A stretch of DNA of 64,000 bases from Mytilus edulis (lineage: Eukaryota), in assembly GCF_963676685.1 (NCBI RefSeq), contig NC_092345.1:89218001-89282000 (forward strand). Reading direction: 5' to 3'. Each line of letters opens with the position of its first letter. The stretch's first letter is position 1. Both the position numbers and the translations under genes were made by a program. Of this stretch, positions 25,101-37,332 are shown in pieces. The notes beneath the pieces are model-generated. The model did not search any database, had not been told where the DNA came from, and was given only the letters and a program-made list of their open reading frames with translations.

Positions 25101-25985
25101 GAAATTTGGAGGTGGCTGTGGTTGGTTCATATTTGAAGGTGGCTGTGGTTGGTTTACATTAGAACGTGACATAGGAATGTTTCTATTTGGCAGTGGTTTC
25201 GAAGATGTCCTTTGAAACTGTTGATTCGTTTGTCGCCTTTTTTGTTGCTGTTGACGCTGATTTATACTGTAGGAATGTAATGGTACCGCCTGCATATGCT
25301 TTGGTTGTTGATTTCGGTTCATACTAAAAGAATGTGATGGTACCGTCTTCCTGGGCTTTGGTTTTTGATTTTGGTTTATTCTGTTAGAATGTGAAGGTTC
25401 CGTTTGCGACGGACTCTGTTTTTGATTTTGGTTGATACTTTTAGTATGGGATAATTCCGCCTGCCTTGGCCTCGGATTTTGATTTTGATTCATACTGTTA
25501 GGCTGTGGTTGTTTCGTCTGCCTTGGTCGTGGTTGTTGGTTTTGATTCATACTGTTAGAATGTGATGTTTTCGTCTGCCTGGGCCGTGGCTGTTGGTTTT
25601 GATTCATACTGTTAGAATGTGATGGTTTCTTCTGCCTAGGCTGAGGTTGTTGATTAACTTCGTTTGGCTGTGATGGTATATTGTTTTTATGTGACATTTG
25701 CGACTGAAAATTTGCTCCATTTTTAGTTGCAGATTTGAAAGAAAAACTCTTCATTCCCGGTTTTGAACCAATAACTATTCTTTGTGGTATATTTGAACCA
25801 ACATTCCCAGAAATTTGTCTTGGCACATTTGATCTTTCGCTTCTATATATTTGATTTGGTCTATTTGAACTAGCACTAAATGAAGCATTATTTTCATTTC
25901 TATTTGAATGTTTTTGTGTGCCAAAACGTGCAGAAGAGCAAACTGTTATTAAATATCCTAATATGAGCAGTTGTATATATTCCAT
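22122..25985 (-). CDS. Secreted 1287-aa protein: Q/P/N-rich repetitive N-half, N/T/S-rich glycosylatable C-half (single coding exon)
   Basis: 3.86-kb ORF. Acceptor ttatcttcAG at 26008-26007, 21 nt, then acaATGg at 25985. Signal-peptide-like MEYIQLLILGYLITVCSSA; no Cys in the mature part. Confidence 0.88.
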   Translation of the reverse strand: MEYIQLLILGYLITVCSSARFGTQKHSNRNENNASFSASSNRPNQIYRSERSNVPRQISGNVGSNIPQRIVIGSKPGMKSFSFKSATKNGANFQSQMSHKNNIPSQPNEVNQQPQPRQKKPSHSNSMNQNQQPRPRQTKTSHSNSMNQNQQPRPRQTKQPQPNSMNQNQNPRPRQAELSHTKSINQNQKQSPSQTEPSHSNRINQNQKPKPRKTVPSHSFSMNRNQQPKHMQAVPLHSYSINQRQQQQKRRQTNQQFQRTSSKPLPNRNIPMSRSNVNQPQPPSNMNQPQPPPNFNQPRPPPNLYQQQPQPPLNVKQPYSKPNQPQPPPNVYQPQPPPNVNQRQPQPKPNVNQRQPPPNVNQPQSQQNLNQRQPPPNVNQPQPQQNLNQRQPQHQQNLNQRQPQPQQNLNQRQPQPQQNLNQRQTPPNGNKPQPLQNLNQRQPPPNGNQPQPQQNLNQRQPPLNGNQPHPQQNLNQRQPPPNGNQPLNQGSDFQYHTVVSSNNPNNAQKFVFTATHSQAFPQGNKNADIDKRNTITDTSVMGTSRIDIQSSINHTGMVSYNGQTFFRSNSVHASTQAPSINSNIHRINPLSPTPSPNNREMKLSKLHNSKNISKNLVSTANSFDNPNTISDATSINAHRKVVIEQLNKLFENMPIFSFRHNGKNDAPKGKDNQQKDIKNNYINLMNQNVNRLDKIQQPFIHKSFSSVDFTTPYNSETYVVNSKPFNTYGQQIKHDVVHTPIYQPIKHMVNLNGKELTQKTNLFTVSRKEPYNPKKGSYNSGIGRQMNVLSMLENSLLHSEGQKGKNDELRTKNQPSWFVLSPLIIRNNTNDTLQPKNQTNSEKQLKMNTTQSVPLKHFDTGNEISLLHVVVANVTEIQDVFFNNNTDDIKLRLQKSDTITLRDKLLMDGDKTNVLITGPMLTTTDSSVNITKFENQMPPYLNNIKISETGNNLARINTTMLSSLNKSVATLSQQHNESNISHLSILNDSSLLSNSTMNDITKLSQRMNPLSKEDNLTTNPTVQSQTTVNDSFQPLITVTTETNSVTNAPSVYQTIGNVIPKFDTSKAIISHGISDTATVKSQEVKSSIITGNKNKLSKMNIPNRWNSIIKEHNSAGVHAINNENSTILHLLVENMTNYEPKLKDHMNASRLETNKENLPKTFFEMNHSKPNLLNSSIVFTNETRTENIASGMNTSQRLQVKMKDIYTTATKTKAVHANIANLYSNIMARIKSIYSNAKTLDAHASHGEWYPHDVSRSSNPVIIIPNEAMLTYLAPGFIKSFSTKDSK
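24525..25660 (-). repeat. Coding tandem repeats: ~7 x 19-aa SHSNSMNQNQQPRPRQTK-type units, then NQRQPPPNVNQPQPQQNL-type units
   Basis: Visible in translation and as gttgatt/ggctgt-rich periodic DNA. Confidence 0.9.
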
Positions 25986-26749
25986 TGTCACTTTCACAGG
26001 TGAGATCTGAAGATAACAAAAATACATAGATTAAAAAATTGTTTAAATGTTTTCCTAGTGAGAGTTTCCACCCAAATACCCCATGTCATACATGGCTTCA
26101 TAGAATAAATAAATAATATCTACCCCACCGAAAAACCCACAGAATACAACAACCATTAACAGTATAAAATGCAGCAATCAATACATTCTAGCCTTGGGCA
26201 AGTACGATTTAAAATAGCTGGCGAGTTTAAGTTAGAATTAACTAATAAATAGAATTTTTTGTGTATGTTGTTTAAATGCATACATCTTAATCATCTTTAT
26301 GAGTTATTTTTAACCATAAACAATAATTATATATCTATACCACTAGTGTTGGACAGAAGTTGTATGAATATGTATTGACATGTTTACAATGTCAATTAAT
26401 GTTGTTAGTCATTATTTAGTCAATAGTTTATTAATGATGCTCCTAAATATAGGTTCTCATATTTGACATGAAAAATGAAACGTATTTACATAAAATATCA
26501 ATTTGATAATCATTTGAATTTAAATCTTTTTTGTATTTCAGTCGATAAAAAACATTGCCTTAACCTTATCAAATCAGAAAAAACTTTAAAGCAATGTAAA
26601 TCATCCAAAATCAATGACACAGAGAGCACCAAAAACATAGTTATTACGGAATGTGCATTACAATGATATACTAGTATGAAAAAAATATACGAAGAAGGTC
26701 TGGTACTAGACAATTGGGCAATAGCATTCACCAAAGCACTTTTGAAAAG

Positions 26750-28220
26750 GGAGATGGCACAGTAAGATCATTGCACACCAATCTATGATAGTTAGACCAT
26801 GGCACAGCAACACCATTGCATATCAAGCTAAAGTTAGACTAAGGCACAGGAAGACTATTGCAAACCAATTTAAACTTAGACCATGGCACAGAAGGACTAT
26901 TGCAAACTAATCTAATATAGGTCGACCATTGCACAGAAAGACCATTGCACACCAAGCTATACTTAGACCATGACACAGAAAGACCATTGCAAACCAAGCT
27001 AAATTAAACCTTAGCACACCAAGCTGTAGTAAGATCATTGCATACTAACATATATCATGGCAATTTGTTTACCAATCTATAGTTAGACTATGGCACAGAA
27101 AGACCATTACATACCAAGCTAAAGTTATACTAAGATACAGGAAGACTATTGCATACCAATCTATAGTAAGACCATGGCACAGAGAGACCGTTGCACATCC
27201 AGCTATGACAGTTAGACCATGTGCAGAAAGACAATTGCACACCAAGATATACTATAGTAGTTAGACCATGACATAGAAAGACCAGTGCACACCAAGCTAT
27301 ATATTATATATACAAGCACATGAAAAAAATATATAATTAGACAATGGCACATAAAGACCATTGCACACCAAGATTTAGTTAGACCATGATACAGAAAGAC
27401 AACAAGTTAAACGTATACCATTGCACAGTAAGATTGATTGATTTGTTGTGTTTTACTGCCACTGTTAGGCACCGCATTTGGGCTATTTCGTGGCGGCCAG
27501 TTTTTATTGGTGGTGGAAGCCGGAGTGCCCGTCGAAAACCACCGACCTTCGATAGGAAAACTGACATACCTAGTCAATTAAGACTGGAGTCGAGTGCACC
27601 CGCACGAGGAGGGTTCAAACTCACAACCTCAGTGTTGACTGTCTAGTGATTACAGTAGTAACTTCTTAGACCACTCGGCCACCGAGGCCCCGGGCACAGT
27701 AAGATCATTGCACACCAATGCAAGCTATAGTAAGACCATTGAAGACCAATATGTAGTACAACTATTGTATACAAATCTATAGTAAGACCATGACACTGAA
27801 AGAACATTGCACATCCAGCTAAAGTTAGACAATGGCACACAAATCTATAGTTAGACCATGACATAGAAAGACTATTAAACACAGAGCTATAGCTAAATCG
27901 TGTCACAGTTAGACCATGGCACCGTAAGACCTTTGCAAACCAATATATAGTACGGCTATAGCATACCAAACTATAGTAAGACCTTTGCATACCAAGCTAA
28001 AGTAAAACCATTACATATCAAGCTATAGAAAGACCTTGATCCACTTAGCTATAGTAATACCAAGACTAAACAAACTTTAGGAAGACAGTGGCATACCCAA
28101 GCTATAGTAACACCATGGCACACCAAACTGTAGTAATTACATAGCGTACAAGCTATAGCAAGATCTTTTCGCTCAAAGCTCTAGTAAGATCATGATATAC
28201 CAAGCTTTTGTATGACCAAA
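26750..28220. repeat. Degenerate ~41-bp minisatellite (agaccattgcacaccaagctatagttagaccatggcacagaa)
   Basis: Recurrent agaccat(t/g)gcac sub-units. Confidence 0.85.
27435..27693 (-). mobile_element. Full-length tRNA-derived SINE with V-type core
   Basis: Box A TGGCCGAGTGG, box B-like GTTTGAACC, core ggtggttttc..cgggcactccggcttccaccacc, (AATC)n tail; 12-bp direct repeat gcacagtaagat at 27423 and 27694. Confidence 0.85.
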
Positions 28221-28467
28221 TGTTGAAGCACAATTAGTGCATGAGATTCATATCAGGAAATTTTCATTAAAAGATAATTGGTGCAAATATGATCAGTCCA
28301 TCAAAACAGCAGATCACATGATCAGTTACCAAAAACGGAAATTTTTACTTGTATCATAAAGTACTACAGCATGAAGCAGCTATCAACGCAACACCATAAC
28401 AGAACAAGAAGACAATATCACCAACTAAAATAAAATTATAAATGTTCAAACAGCAATCAACACTTAC

Positions 28468-28565
28468 AAATACAGCTTCTGAACAGTTAAATATAGATGA
28501 TTCAACATTCAACAACAGTCTAGTGTCTTAGTTATTCGGGTAATCACACACAAATCTAATATAAC
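28468..28565 (-). promoter_or_regulatory. Candidate first exon/TATA for the 1287-aa gene
   Basis: Donor TTT|GTAAGT at 28468/28467; TATATTA near 28557-28563. Confidence 0.4.
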
Positions 28566-29099
28566 TTAAATCTGACCATGTAAATATGTACCTAATGGGC
28601 ACCGTACTGAATGACTGGTGCGTAATGAGTCCTATGCAATTTAACGATATCGTTTCATTATAGAACAAAGCTTACAAATTCGGGATTTTATGCAACCCTT
28701 TGTACGATTTTGTGAAGTTTATGTAATGCTGCGTTAACCCCCTAGAAGAACACTATGTGAAATTTTATGGAGAAGGAGTTGTGTATACATAGTACAGACA
28801 TGCGAAACAACAGACACAGTTTCTCTTCTATATGATTAAATCCTTGCTGAAGAACCAGTTAGGAAAGATTGTCTCTTATTCGGTCTTTCCACTATTCTGT
28901 GGAAAGATATTTTGTATTTGTTCTGATTGATTTTTTTTTCTTCCGCCAAATTTGTAACGTGTCCTGTTTTGTGGTTTCGCAAGATGTCGCTTAGATTTTT
29001 TACATATGATATCGAACAGTTATTGCGCTTTTGAGACTGACCCTGTTTAGTCGAAGACTTTTTATTGTAAGAGTTATCTACCCGAACTCTGTTTTCTTT

Positions 29100-30300
29100 G
29101 TGATACGATCTCCCACCATAACAGTAAAAAAAAAACCGACAAATTTGTTTTACCAAATTGCTCGCTATATCCTCAGGATTTTTTTTCTCTAGTTTTGACG
29201 GAAGCGATACGAAGACTCTATCTGAGACTTATTTCCCCTAATGCATTTGAAATAAGTGATAAGCATTTGTAACTTGTAAACAATAAGTGATAGAGACCTA
29301 TGGTAATTTGTTTGAGATCCTTTGTTAGAAACGTTGAAAACTAGATCAAGGTCAATAGTCAAGGTCAAATTTTAAATTTTGACTTTTTCTTTTTCCTTGA
29401 TCTCCTCTGTCACTTTTAAAGATATATATATATATATAAAAGAAGTTGTGCAAAATGTTAGCCTTATTGTGACTTAGATCTGATACATTTGGTCTGAAAC
29501 AATCCAATGACATCTTATAAGAGTAATTGGACCTGAAAAGATTAAATTTAAGGTTAATTGATTATTACGCCAACTTGGTACATGATAAAGCCGTAGGGTC
29601 TTTTGCAAACTGTTGGTTGACATGTGACCTTAAAAAATATCAACCGGAAGGGACTTTGAGTAAACTGAAAGTAGCTTTTTTTGCACTTATTGCATGGTAA
29701 AGTACCTAGAAACTAATTTATTTTTAAATATGCACACATAATAAAATTGAGAATGGAAATGGGGAATGTGTCAAAGAGACAACAACCCGACCAAATAAAA
29801 AACAACAGCAGAAGGTCACCAACAGGTCTTCAATGTAGCGAGAAATTCCCGCACCCGGAGGCGTCCTTTAACTGGCCCCTAAACAAATATATACTAGTTC
29901 AGTGATAATGAACGCCATACTAATTTCCAAATTGTACACAAGAAACTAAAATTAAAATAATACATAAACCTATAATTCGAGACCGGAAGTGAATTTAACT
30001 AAACCGGAAGTACCTAATATCTCCCATATTACAGGCAAAAGTATATAGAAACCATATATTTTGGGAATCAGTGTAAATAAACGATCATGTGAGACCGGAA
30101 GTGACATTTTTAAAGCGGAAATTGACAATTATCTCTCTTTATGTCAGGCAAAATATATAAAAAAATAACATTTATTTATTGAATCAGTATGAAGATACAT
30201 ATGCTTGGGCGTCAATAGTGACTTTGAGTAAACTGGAAGTAGCTTCTAATCAATAATTTAGAAAATTGGTATGGAAAGACCTGCTTCAATTGTACTCTGG
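29100..30300. mobile_element. Unclassified interspersed repeat with recurrent accggaagt motifs
   Basis: Multiple (g/a)accggaag(t) copies; interrupted by a Penelope-like fragment at 29740-29965. Confidence 0.45.
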
Positions 30301-31637
30301 ACAATTGTTTTTTAATGGATATTATATGTCACCCTTAAGCTCGTACAATATTATAATATACTGTTCTGGGTAATAACACGGTACATATATTCAGAAAAGC
30401 TCGTTGTCCTCATATTTTACATTACTGAAGTTGACATTCAATTTAAGTCTCCCATTAGTTAAAACATGACACTTGTCAAATAGTTGCCCTAATGTTCATA
30501 TCCTTAAACCCTGGCGGAAAAACTAAATCAACTTGTTTTTGTAAGATTAGCCTAAATTTAAAAGAATACTAGACTATTGAATAAAATAATAAGTACTGCT
30601 TATCCTTTGAACATTAAAGACGAATACTTGAACCAAACTGAAAAAAAAAACGGTGGTTATATTCATATCTGGAAGTATATATACCTTTTTTTAATTCATA
30701 GTTATATACTTTTAAACGAATTCAAAAGTTTGAGTTTGATGTCGGAATCGCAATTTCGGTCATAAATGTCAAATTTGTCAATATCCTGTCTCATATAAGG
30801 CCATACATACATGTACATGACAAAGTTATTAAGGCAATAAGTAATTATAAGTTATAAAGCTTAACAGACGATACCGTGGATAGATTAATCAAAGTACTGA
30901 ATTACTGAACATCGGGTGAATATAAGTTCTTGAGGATGGTCAAAAGCACTTGTCTCAGAAAAAAAATCTATTTGAATATATCATTATATTCTACTATTCT
31001 AATAATAGTGCAATGCAAGTGCATGGTGGACACTTTTCTGTAAACATTCGATTTTCCTAAAAGATTGGATACGAGAAGGCATTCATATTTTCCCCACAAA
31101 AACAATTACAGAGTTACCGGTCCTTGTCGGTATTGTCGCAAAACGTTCTTTGAGATATTCTTCCGCATGCTTTAGCCCAATTTTTCGGTACGTGTGCATT
31201 GAAATTATCAATGATTTTTTTTACTTATATATATACATCTAACTACAAAACATTTTCATATCATTAATTTATGTTGTAAACAAAAATGTTTTTTAATCAG
31301 TATTCATTTATATCAAACGATAAGGAATATTATTTTGCACTCGTTTATGTGCGCGTATTTATCATGTTTAAAGATCAGTTAAAAACCTAAAACTAATTTA
31401 CATAATGGAAATCTATGCGATAGCAATACATCGAAATGAACTAAAGGTCATCGCGATGTAAAAATAATAAAAGAATAGCGATGGAAGACTAAAGATTTAA
31501 CGATACAAAACCCTTTAACATCGGGAGGAATTCTTGTGCTCTTAAACAAAGCGTAGCACAGTATTTACCAGAGAGAAATTTCGTGTAGCTAACGTCATGA
31601 AAAAATCAAGGGTGAATAAAAAACCGGAAACACTTAC

Positions 31638-31760
31638 CGATTTCCAGATTATGATTCCTTTTTTTTCTAAGACAAGACGATTCATTAATGCTTTACTCAT
31701 GAATCATTTAGATATGATAACAGACAAATAGACCTTTGCTTAATTCTTCCATATATATAA
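31638..31760 (-). promoter_or_regulatory. Candidate TATA promoter plus first exon
   Basis: TATATATA at 31751-31760; donor TCG|GTAAGT at 31638/31637. Confidence 0.4.
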
Positions 31761-32029
31761 AGATGGATTTGGTTTGGAAGTTTGGTAGTAACTTTTGAAA
31801 ACTTTTTTTTAAACATGATAGCACAACCTAACCTTTTAAGCAGATGTTGTTTACCGAGCCCGGAAATTAAGATACTATCCGGGTAAACTTTAAATAAACT
31901 TATCCATAAATGTTACCAATTAAACACTATATACTTTGTTAGATCTTTTAATAATGTTTTATTGATATCAGTACTGATTTTGTTATCAAATCAAACTAAC
32001 TATTTTTTTTGTGGTCATAATAACCATTT

Positions 32030-32720
32030 ACATTCATTGCTCTACAATCTGTCAATACCTTATCTTAGCATAGCACAAGGTCATGTTTTCACTGACTGTT
32101 TATGACGTCTTTACACTAAATCCACTGGATGTTTGATTTGTACTGGTTGATATTTTAGTCCAAGATGCATATTTGTGTTATAAGTTGTTATTTGCTTTAA
32201 ACTAGTTGTCAGTAACTGTGAGTATTCTCAGATCTGTGTGTTTTTATTGTGGGGATGTATAAGTACCCTGTCACGTCCACTTTGTGTTTTTGTAATATAT
32301 TTCTTCCGAAGTTAGTATCTTTATGATGAGTTAAGACCGATTCAATTTATTATTATCGTTTTTTCACATGTTGTACTGTATCACCATTGTCCCAGGTTAG
32401 ATGAGGGTTGGCACCTTCAAACTAGTTTAACCCTGCTACATTCTGTCCCAAGTCAGGAGCCTGTAATTGTTGCTGTTTATCATTTTGGTTTTTTCGTTCA
32501 TAATTTCTGACATAATTCAGTCCGTTAGTTTTCCCGTTTGAATTGTTTTACATTTGTTTTACATTTTTTTATTTCGGGGACTTTTACAGCTGATTATGCT
32601 GTATGGTTTTACTCATTGTTGAAATCTGTACAGTGACCTATATTAGTTAATTTCTGTGTCATTCTATCTCTTGTGGTGGGTTGTCTAGTTAGCAATCATA
32701 CCACATCTTTTTATTCATAT
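32030..32720 (+). mobile_element. Penelope-like 3' region with SECIS-like hairpin at 32102-32151
   Basis: ATGA-cgtctttacact-AAA-tccactgga...TGAT; shares the tttaacccYgc...ctgtcccaagtcaggagcct block with the other family. Confidence 0.7.
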
Positions 32721-33419
32721 ATAAGACAAGGGCTAACCAGGAAGACCTGCTAGGGGAATTTAAAATCTTTACAAATTGATTGTGGTACGAAATCACAAGC
32801 CTCAAAGATCTCACAGGTTAGTAAACACGGAAGATGATTAACTAAGACCACTCGACCAAAGAGGCCTCCAAAAAGAATTAAACACATGTTTAGGCCTCCA
32901 AAAAGAAGTAAACATATGTATTGTTTTTCACATGCAAATTCGTTTTGATTTCGAAAGTGCACAACTTTATCAAAGAACAACGGATATGTGTAAAAATATG
33001 TTAAGAATTTGAGATAGATACCTTGATATATAATTCCACTCGATACTGTCTCTGTGAAAACTAATAGAGAGAAGACAATTATTCTTATTTCTATAAATAT
33101 TTTGTGCATGGAATCGGAAAATATCGGTTACGTTGATTGAATTTGTTGTAGTAGTTCTGGATAATTCAAATTAGGTTTAATGATACAATTTGTTATTGAT
33201 AGGGGGTAACGACAAAATATATAGGACAAGAAAAGGGCTAGCTATGTAAAGGAAAGGGTTTGTTAGTATGTTGAACTTAAAGTAGTTATTCTCATTAATG
33301 AACAATTAAATATAAACACATGATTCATGGTAAAACTTCTATATATCATTTTCTTTTTGAGAGTCTATCCTAAATTGAGGTAAATTATATGGCCTTCCGA
33401 ATACCGTTTCGATCCCTAA

Positions 33420-33460
33420 CATCACTGAAGAGAAATTAATTGTCGAAACCGGATATGGTG
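33420..33460 (+). ncRNA. Degenerate type I hammerhead ribozyme motif (retrozyme/PLE relic)
   Basis: catca-CTGAAGA-gaaattaattgtc-GAAA-ccgg-ATA-tggtg; stem I catca/tggtg pairs, stems II and III carry mismatches. Confidence 0.6.
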
Positions 33461-36129
33461 TACAAATTTTTGCACCTCATGTTTGTGGTATACCATCCTT
33501 CCCGCTATTTTATTGTTTTCTGTTTGGTATTAAATTAATATAAAGATCCATTTTGTTACAACTTGTGATCAATTTATTTGGCAATCGTCAATGGCAGTCA
33601 GCTAGGTTTAAACACATCGATTGTTCGACGTGTTAGTCAAATGCGTTTTGTTAGAATATACTTTTTTTCCTTTTTTTTTTGTCTTTTGGAAAATGTTGTT
33701 CGTGCTATTTAGACCCCTCCACCACGAAATAATTTTTACATGCACAAGTATAAAAATGCGGTTTTAATCCAACGCTATGGAACGCCAACACTGTCTTATT
33801 ATGCCCATTTTTCATTATATGTTGTGCATTTACCTTTATTTGATGTGCATTTACCTTTATATGATGTGCACTTGTCATCATATGATGTGCAAACACCTTT
33901 ATATGATGTGCAAATATCCTTATATGATGTACAAACATCATTATATGATGTACAAACATCATTATATGATGTGCAAACATCATTATATGATGTTCAAACA
34001 TCATTATATGATGTGCAAACATACTTATGTGATGTGCAAATATACTTATATGATGTGCAAATGTTCTTATATGATGTGCAAACATTCTTATATGATGTGA
34101 AAATATACTTATATTATGTTGAAAGATCCTTATATGATGTGCAAATATACTTATATGCTGTGCAAATATACTTATATGATGTGCAAATATACTTATATGC
34201 TGTGCAAATATACTTATATGATGTGTACATATCATTATATGGTGTGCAGTTTCCTTTATATTATGTGCAAACATCTTTATATGATGTGTTTGTGTCATTA
34301 TATTATGTGCTTGTAATCTTATATTATGTGGTTTTATTTACTTCATTATATGAAGTCGAAACGTCATTAAATTATGTGCTTTCATCGTCGTTATGGTCAA
34401 TGAACATGATTACGATTAGAATGTTTACTTCTACGTCATAACCGATTCCGATCTGCTTCTGTGAAATGGCCGTTACTTCTACTAGTAATTAGGATCAAAT
34501 CTGTAGCTACCGTTTGGAAAATTGTTGAGACTTGAGATAAACCTTGGCATGTTAGTACCTCGTTTTAAGATGCAAAAAATAACATCTGATATTGTTGGAA
34601 AATTGTAAAAATATATATGAATTGCAAATTTTTGTTTAAATCGACGGGTCTTTAATAATAAACATACGAAGTCTACAATACGGTTAAGGTTATTAAATTT
34701 AAAAAATAATACTTTTATGTCATGCTTTATGATCGTTTTAACGAGGGAAGGCATTATATTTGTCAATTTCGGTATACCTAACGTTAGCATTTTTTCTATT
34801 AGAAATACACGAAGTTTAGTATTGTCATTTATGTAAACATTGCCTTTCTGATCATTTTAGCTGTTCGAGTTTCTCTTTATATATTCTCAAGATAGACACA
34901 AACAATTGGGAAAAAAATCCGACTCTGATGGTGTAATGGCTCATATAAGGAACCGGTCATTTGTTACCCAAAAAAAAAAGAGGGGGATAGGAAGAAATAA
35001 GGGGGCCTTTCATTTTACCATTTTTGGAATGAAAAAGTGGCATTCAATTTTATATAGTTATAAATTTGCCGCGGTATAATGTTATGGCGAATTCTTCGTC
35101 AACCGTAGGCATCAATCTTTACGCCTCGTTTCGCTCATCTGAATTGTTATAACCTGAAAAATTAGTTTCAACAATTTCTTCTAGCAGAGAATTTTTCATC
35201 TGATGCAATTATTGAATGAAGGTGTGGTAATTATTAATGAAACCACAAACGGAAAATCCAAACGAAGTTCCCTGAAGTCGCAAACAGCTTTCATACTTCA
35301 GTATTTTGATTATAAATGTTCTTGTCTATACCTTGCAAGAAAAGGTTTCTCTATTATTAGTTTTAAAGATAATAGCAAATAAAACAACACATATCTGAAA
35401 AGCCAAAAGTGCCCAAAAGGTACCTTTACTATAGAGTATAATTCAGACACACTGCACTATTTTTTTTAAAATCTATTATGTTTCCAGGATAAACGCAAAA
35501 TATTGAAAGGCCGCTGCCGTAAATCTTCACTTTGAAAAATTCAAAACATCACTCTCTATCTGTAAGATAACAACAGGTCTCAGTAAAAAATAAATAAATG
35601 CAGTATTTAAGTTCATTTAGACACCAGATTAAAAACGCTCAATTCTCTGCTTTTGTTGGATTGATACACACCTTCAAAAATTTGTAGGCTGAAATTTCAT
35701 TGGCTGATATAATATACACAAGGAAGGAAAATAAAATGACGTGTTGTAAGAACCTTGTATCCAAAGCTTAAACAGATAATCTGTACATTATATATTAATA
35801 AATAAATGTGTTAGACACCGACTCTAGTTTGAGGGAAGGAGAGCGTGTATTTTCTTGTACGAAATTAATAATAATAAAAAAAAAAAAAATGTTTTTTTTT
35901 TTTAATTTCCTCATTGTTTCATTTTTTCCTCATTTTAAATGAAAACAAACTATTTCGCTTCCCTTCTGAAAAACATAAAATCTCTTTCAAGAAATTTAGA
36001 TTCAAACATTTACAAAACAACTTGCCCCCAACCCCACTCACATGATAAAAATATGAGTCTAGAGGTGTATACTAGTATATAAGCGGCTTCCCACGAAACC
36101 TTTTATATTGCGGGTTACTGCATGTCTAG

Positions 36130-36480
36130 TGGTGGTACTTTCGTCGTAGCATGTTCGCCTTGAGTAAGGGAGGTCGGGTCAAAACCAAAGACTTTAAAAT
36201 TCATATTTACATGCTGCTTCCCGGCTAATTATATAAGCACGCGGGATTAAGGATTAAGAGCAAAAGCTGGTCGGCTCGGATTCAGAAAAATGTGTCTGAG
36301 TAGGGTGATATAAATGTCTTCCTTCGGAATGCTACCTTTTCAATTAGCATGTTAAAAAATCCGGCTCAGGGTGTCGGTCTAGTACAAAACAGTGTTAATA
36401 ATCATATCACATTAACATGTTCTTGTACGAATATGCATATATCAATTTGCCGCTGGATGTCAAGAATCCACCCATAATCA
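36130..36480 (+). mobile_element. Degenerate tRNA-derived SINE (second family); related minus copy ~48150-48390
   Basis: ggtcaaaaccaaagactttaaaatt...tgctgcttc...aagcacgcg..attaagg..taagagcaaa core. Confidence 0.55.
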
Positions 36481-36604
36481 TCTATAGTTGAAACTGTGAA
36501 ATATATGCATGCACAAAACCATGATAAAAAGCTGCACGTAAATATAATGCACTGAGTTCAGGTTCATTCCATATCTCCTTTAATCCAATTCGGTTGAAAG
36601 TGAT

Positions 36605-37020
36605 GGGCGCTAGGTGGTCGAGTGGTTACATTGTCATTTCGGGGCCTTTTATAGCTGAATATGCGGTATGGGCTTTGATCATTGTTGAAGGCCGTACAGT
36701 GACCTATAATTGTCAATTTCTGTGTCATTTTGACCTCATGTGGAAAGTTGTCTCTTTAGCAGTCATACCACATCTTCTTTTTTATAAGTAGTCGAACTGC
36801 TGTATCACTAGCATGTCAACACTTAGATGTGCGATTTCAAATCCCGCACGTGGCAGGTAAGCTCGATTCCAATCTTAATTGACCAGAATTGTCTGTTTTC
36901 CAAACGAAGGTCAGTGGGGTCTCTCCGGGCACTTCTGATTTCTCCACCAATAAAAACTCACCGCCACGAAATAGCACGAAAGTGTTGAAAGTGGCGCTAA
37001 ATAACAGTTAATCAATCATC
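36605..37020 (+). mobile_element. V-core SINE interrupted by a retroelement 3' fragment (36630-36785)
   Basis: Homologous to 27435-27693; head ggtggtcgagtgg is separated from the body by the insert. Confidence 0.7.
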
Positions 37021-37036
37021 CATACCGGTATACTTA

Positions 37037-37332
37037 GGGAGCTACCATTTGATTTTTATGGGGGGGGGGGGGGGGGGCTAGGATGAAAAATTTTGTCCTG
37101 CATTTTTTTTTAGCTGTAATCTCTGTCCTGCCTTTTTATTTTTCACTCTGTTCGGTCCTGCCTTTTTTTTTTTTAGTTTATCCTGACTTTTTTTACCTAA
37201 ATTGTCATCCTGACTTTTTTTTTGCAAGTGTCTCATCCTGCCTTTTTTTTAATCAAAACTCCTGTCCTGCCTATTTCTTTCAAATTTCATCCTAGCCCCC
37301 CCCCCCCCCATAAAAATCAAATGGTAGCTCCC
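37037..37332. mobile_element. Tourist/Harbinger-like MITE
   Basis: TIR GGGAGCTACCATTTGATTTTTATG(G)n; TTA TSD on both sides. Confidence 0.88.

Noticed and set aside
24527-25136. Plus-strand Val/Asp- and Trp/Leu-rich ORFs (also 8230-8595, 18265-18561)
   Set aside because: Antisense shadows of the repetitive coding exons.
27600-27693. tRNA gene
   Set aside because: The A/B boxes belong to a SINE head followed by core and tail.
33705-34441. His-rich mussel foot protein (mfp-4-like) gene
   Set aside because: No signal peptide, open in several frames, and it forms one TIR of a transposon.
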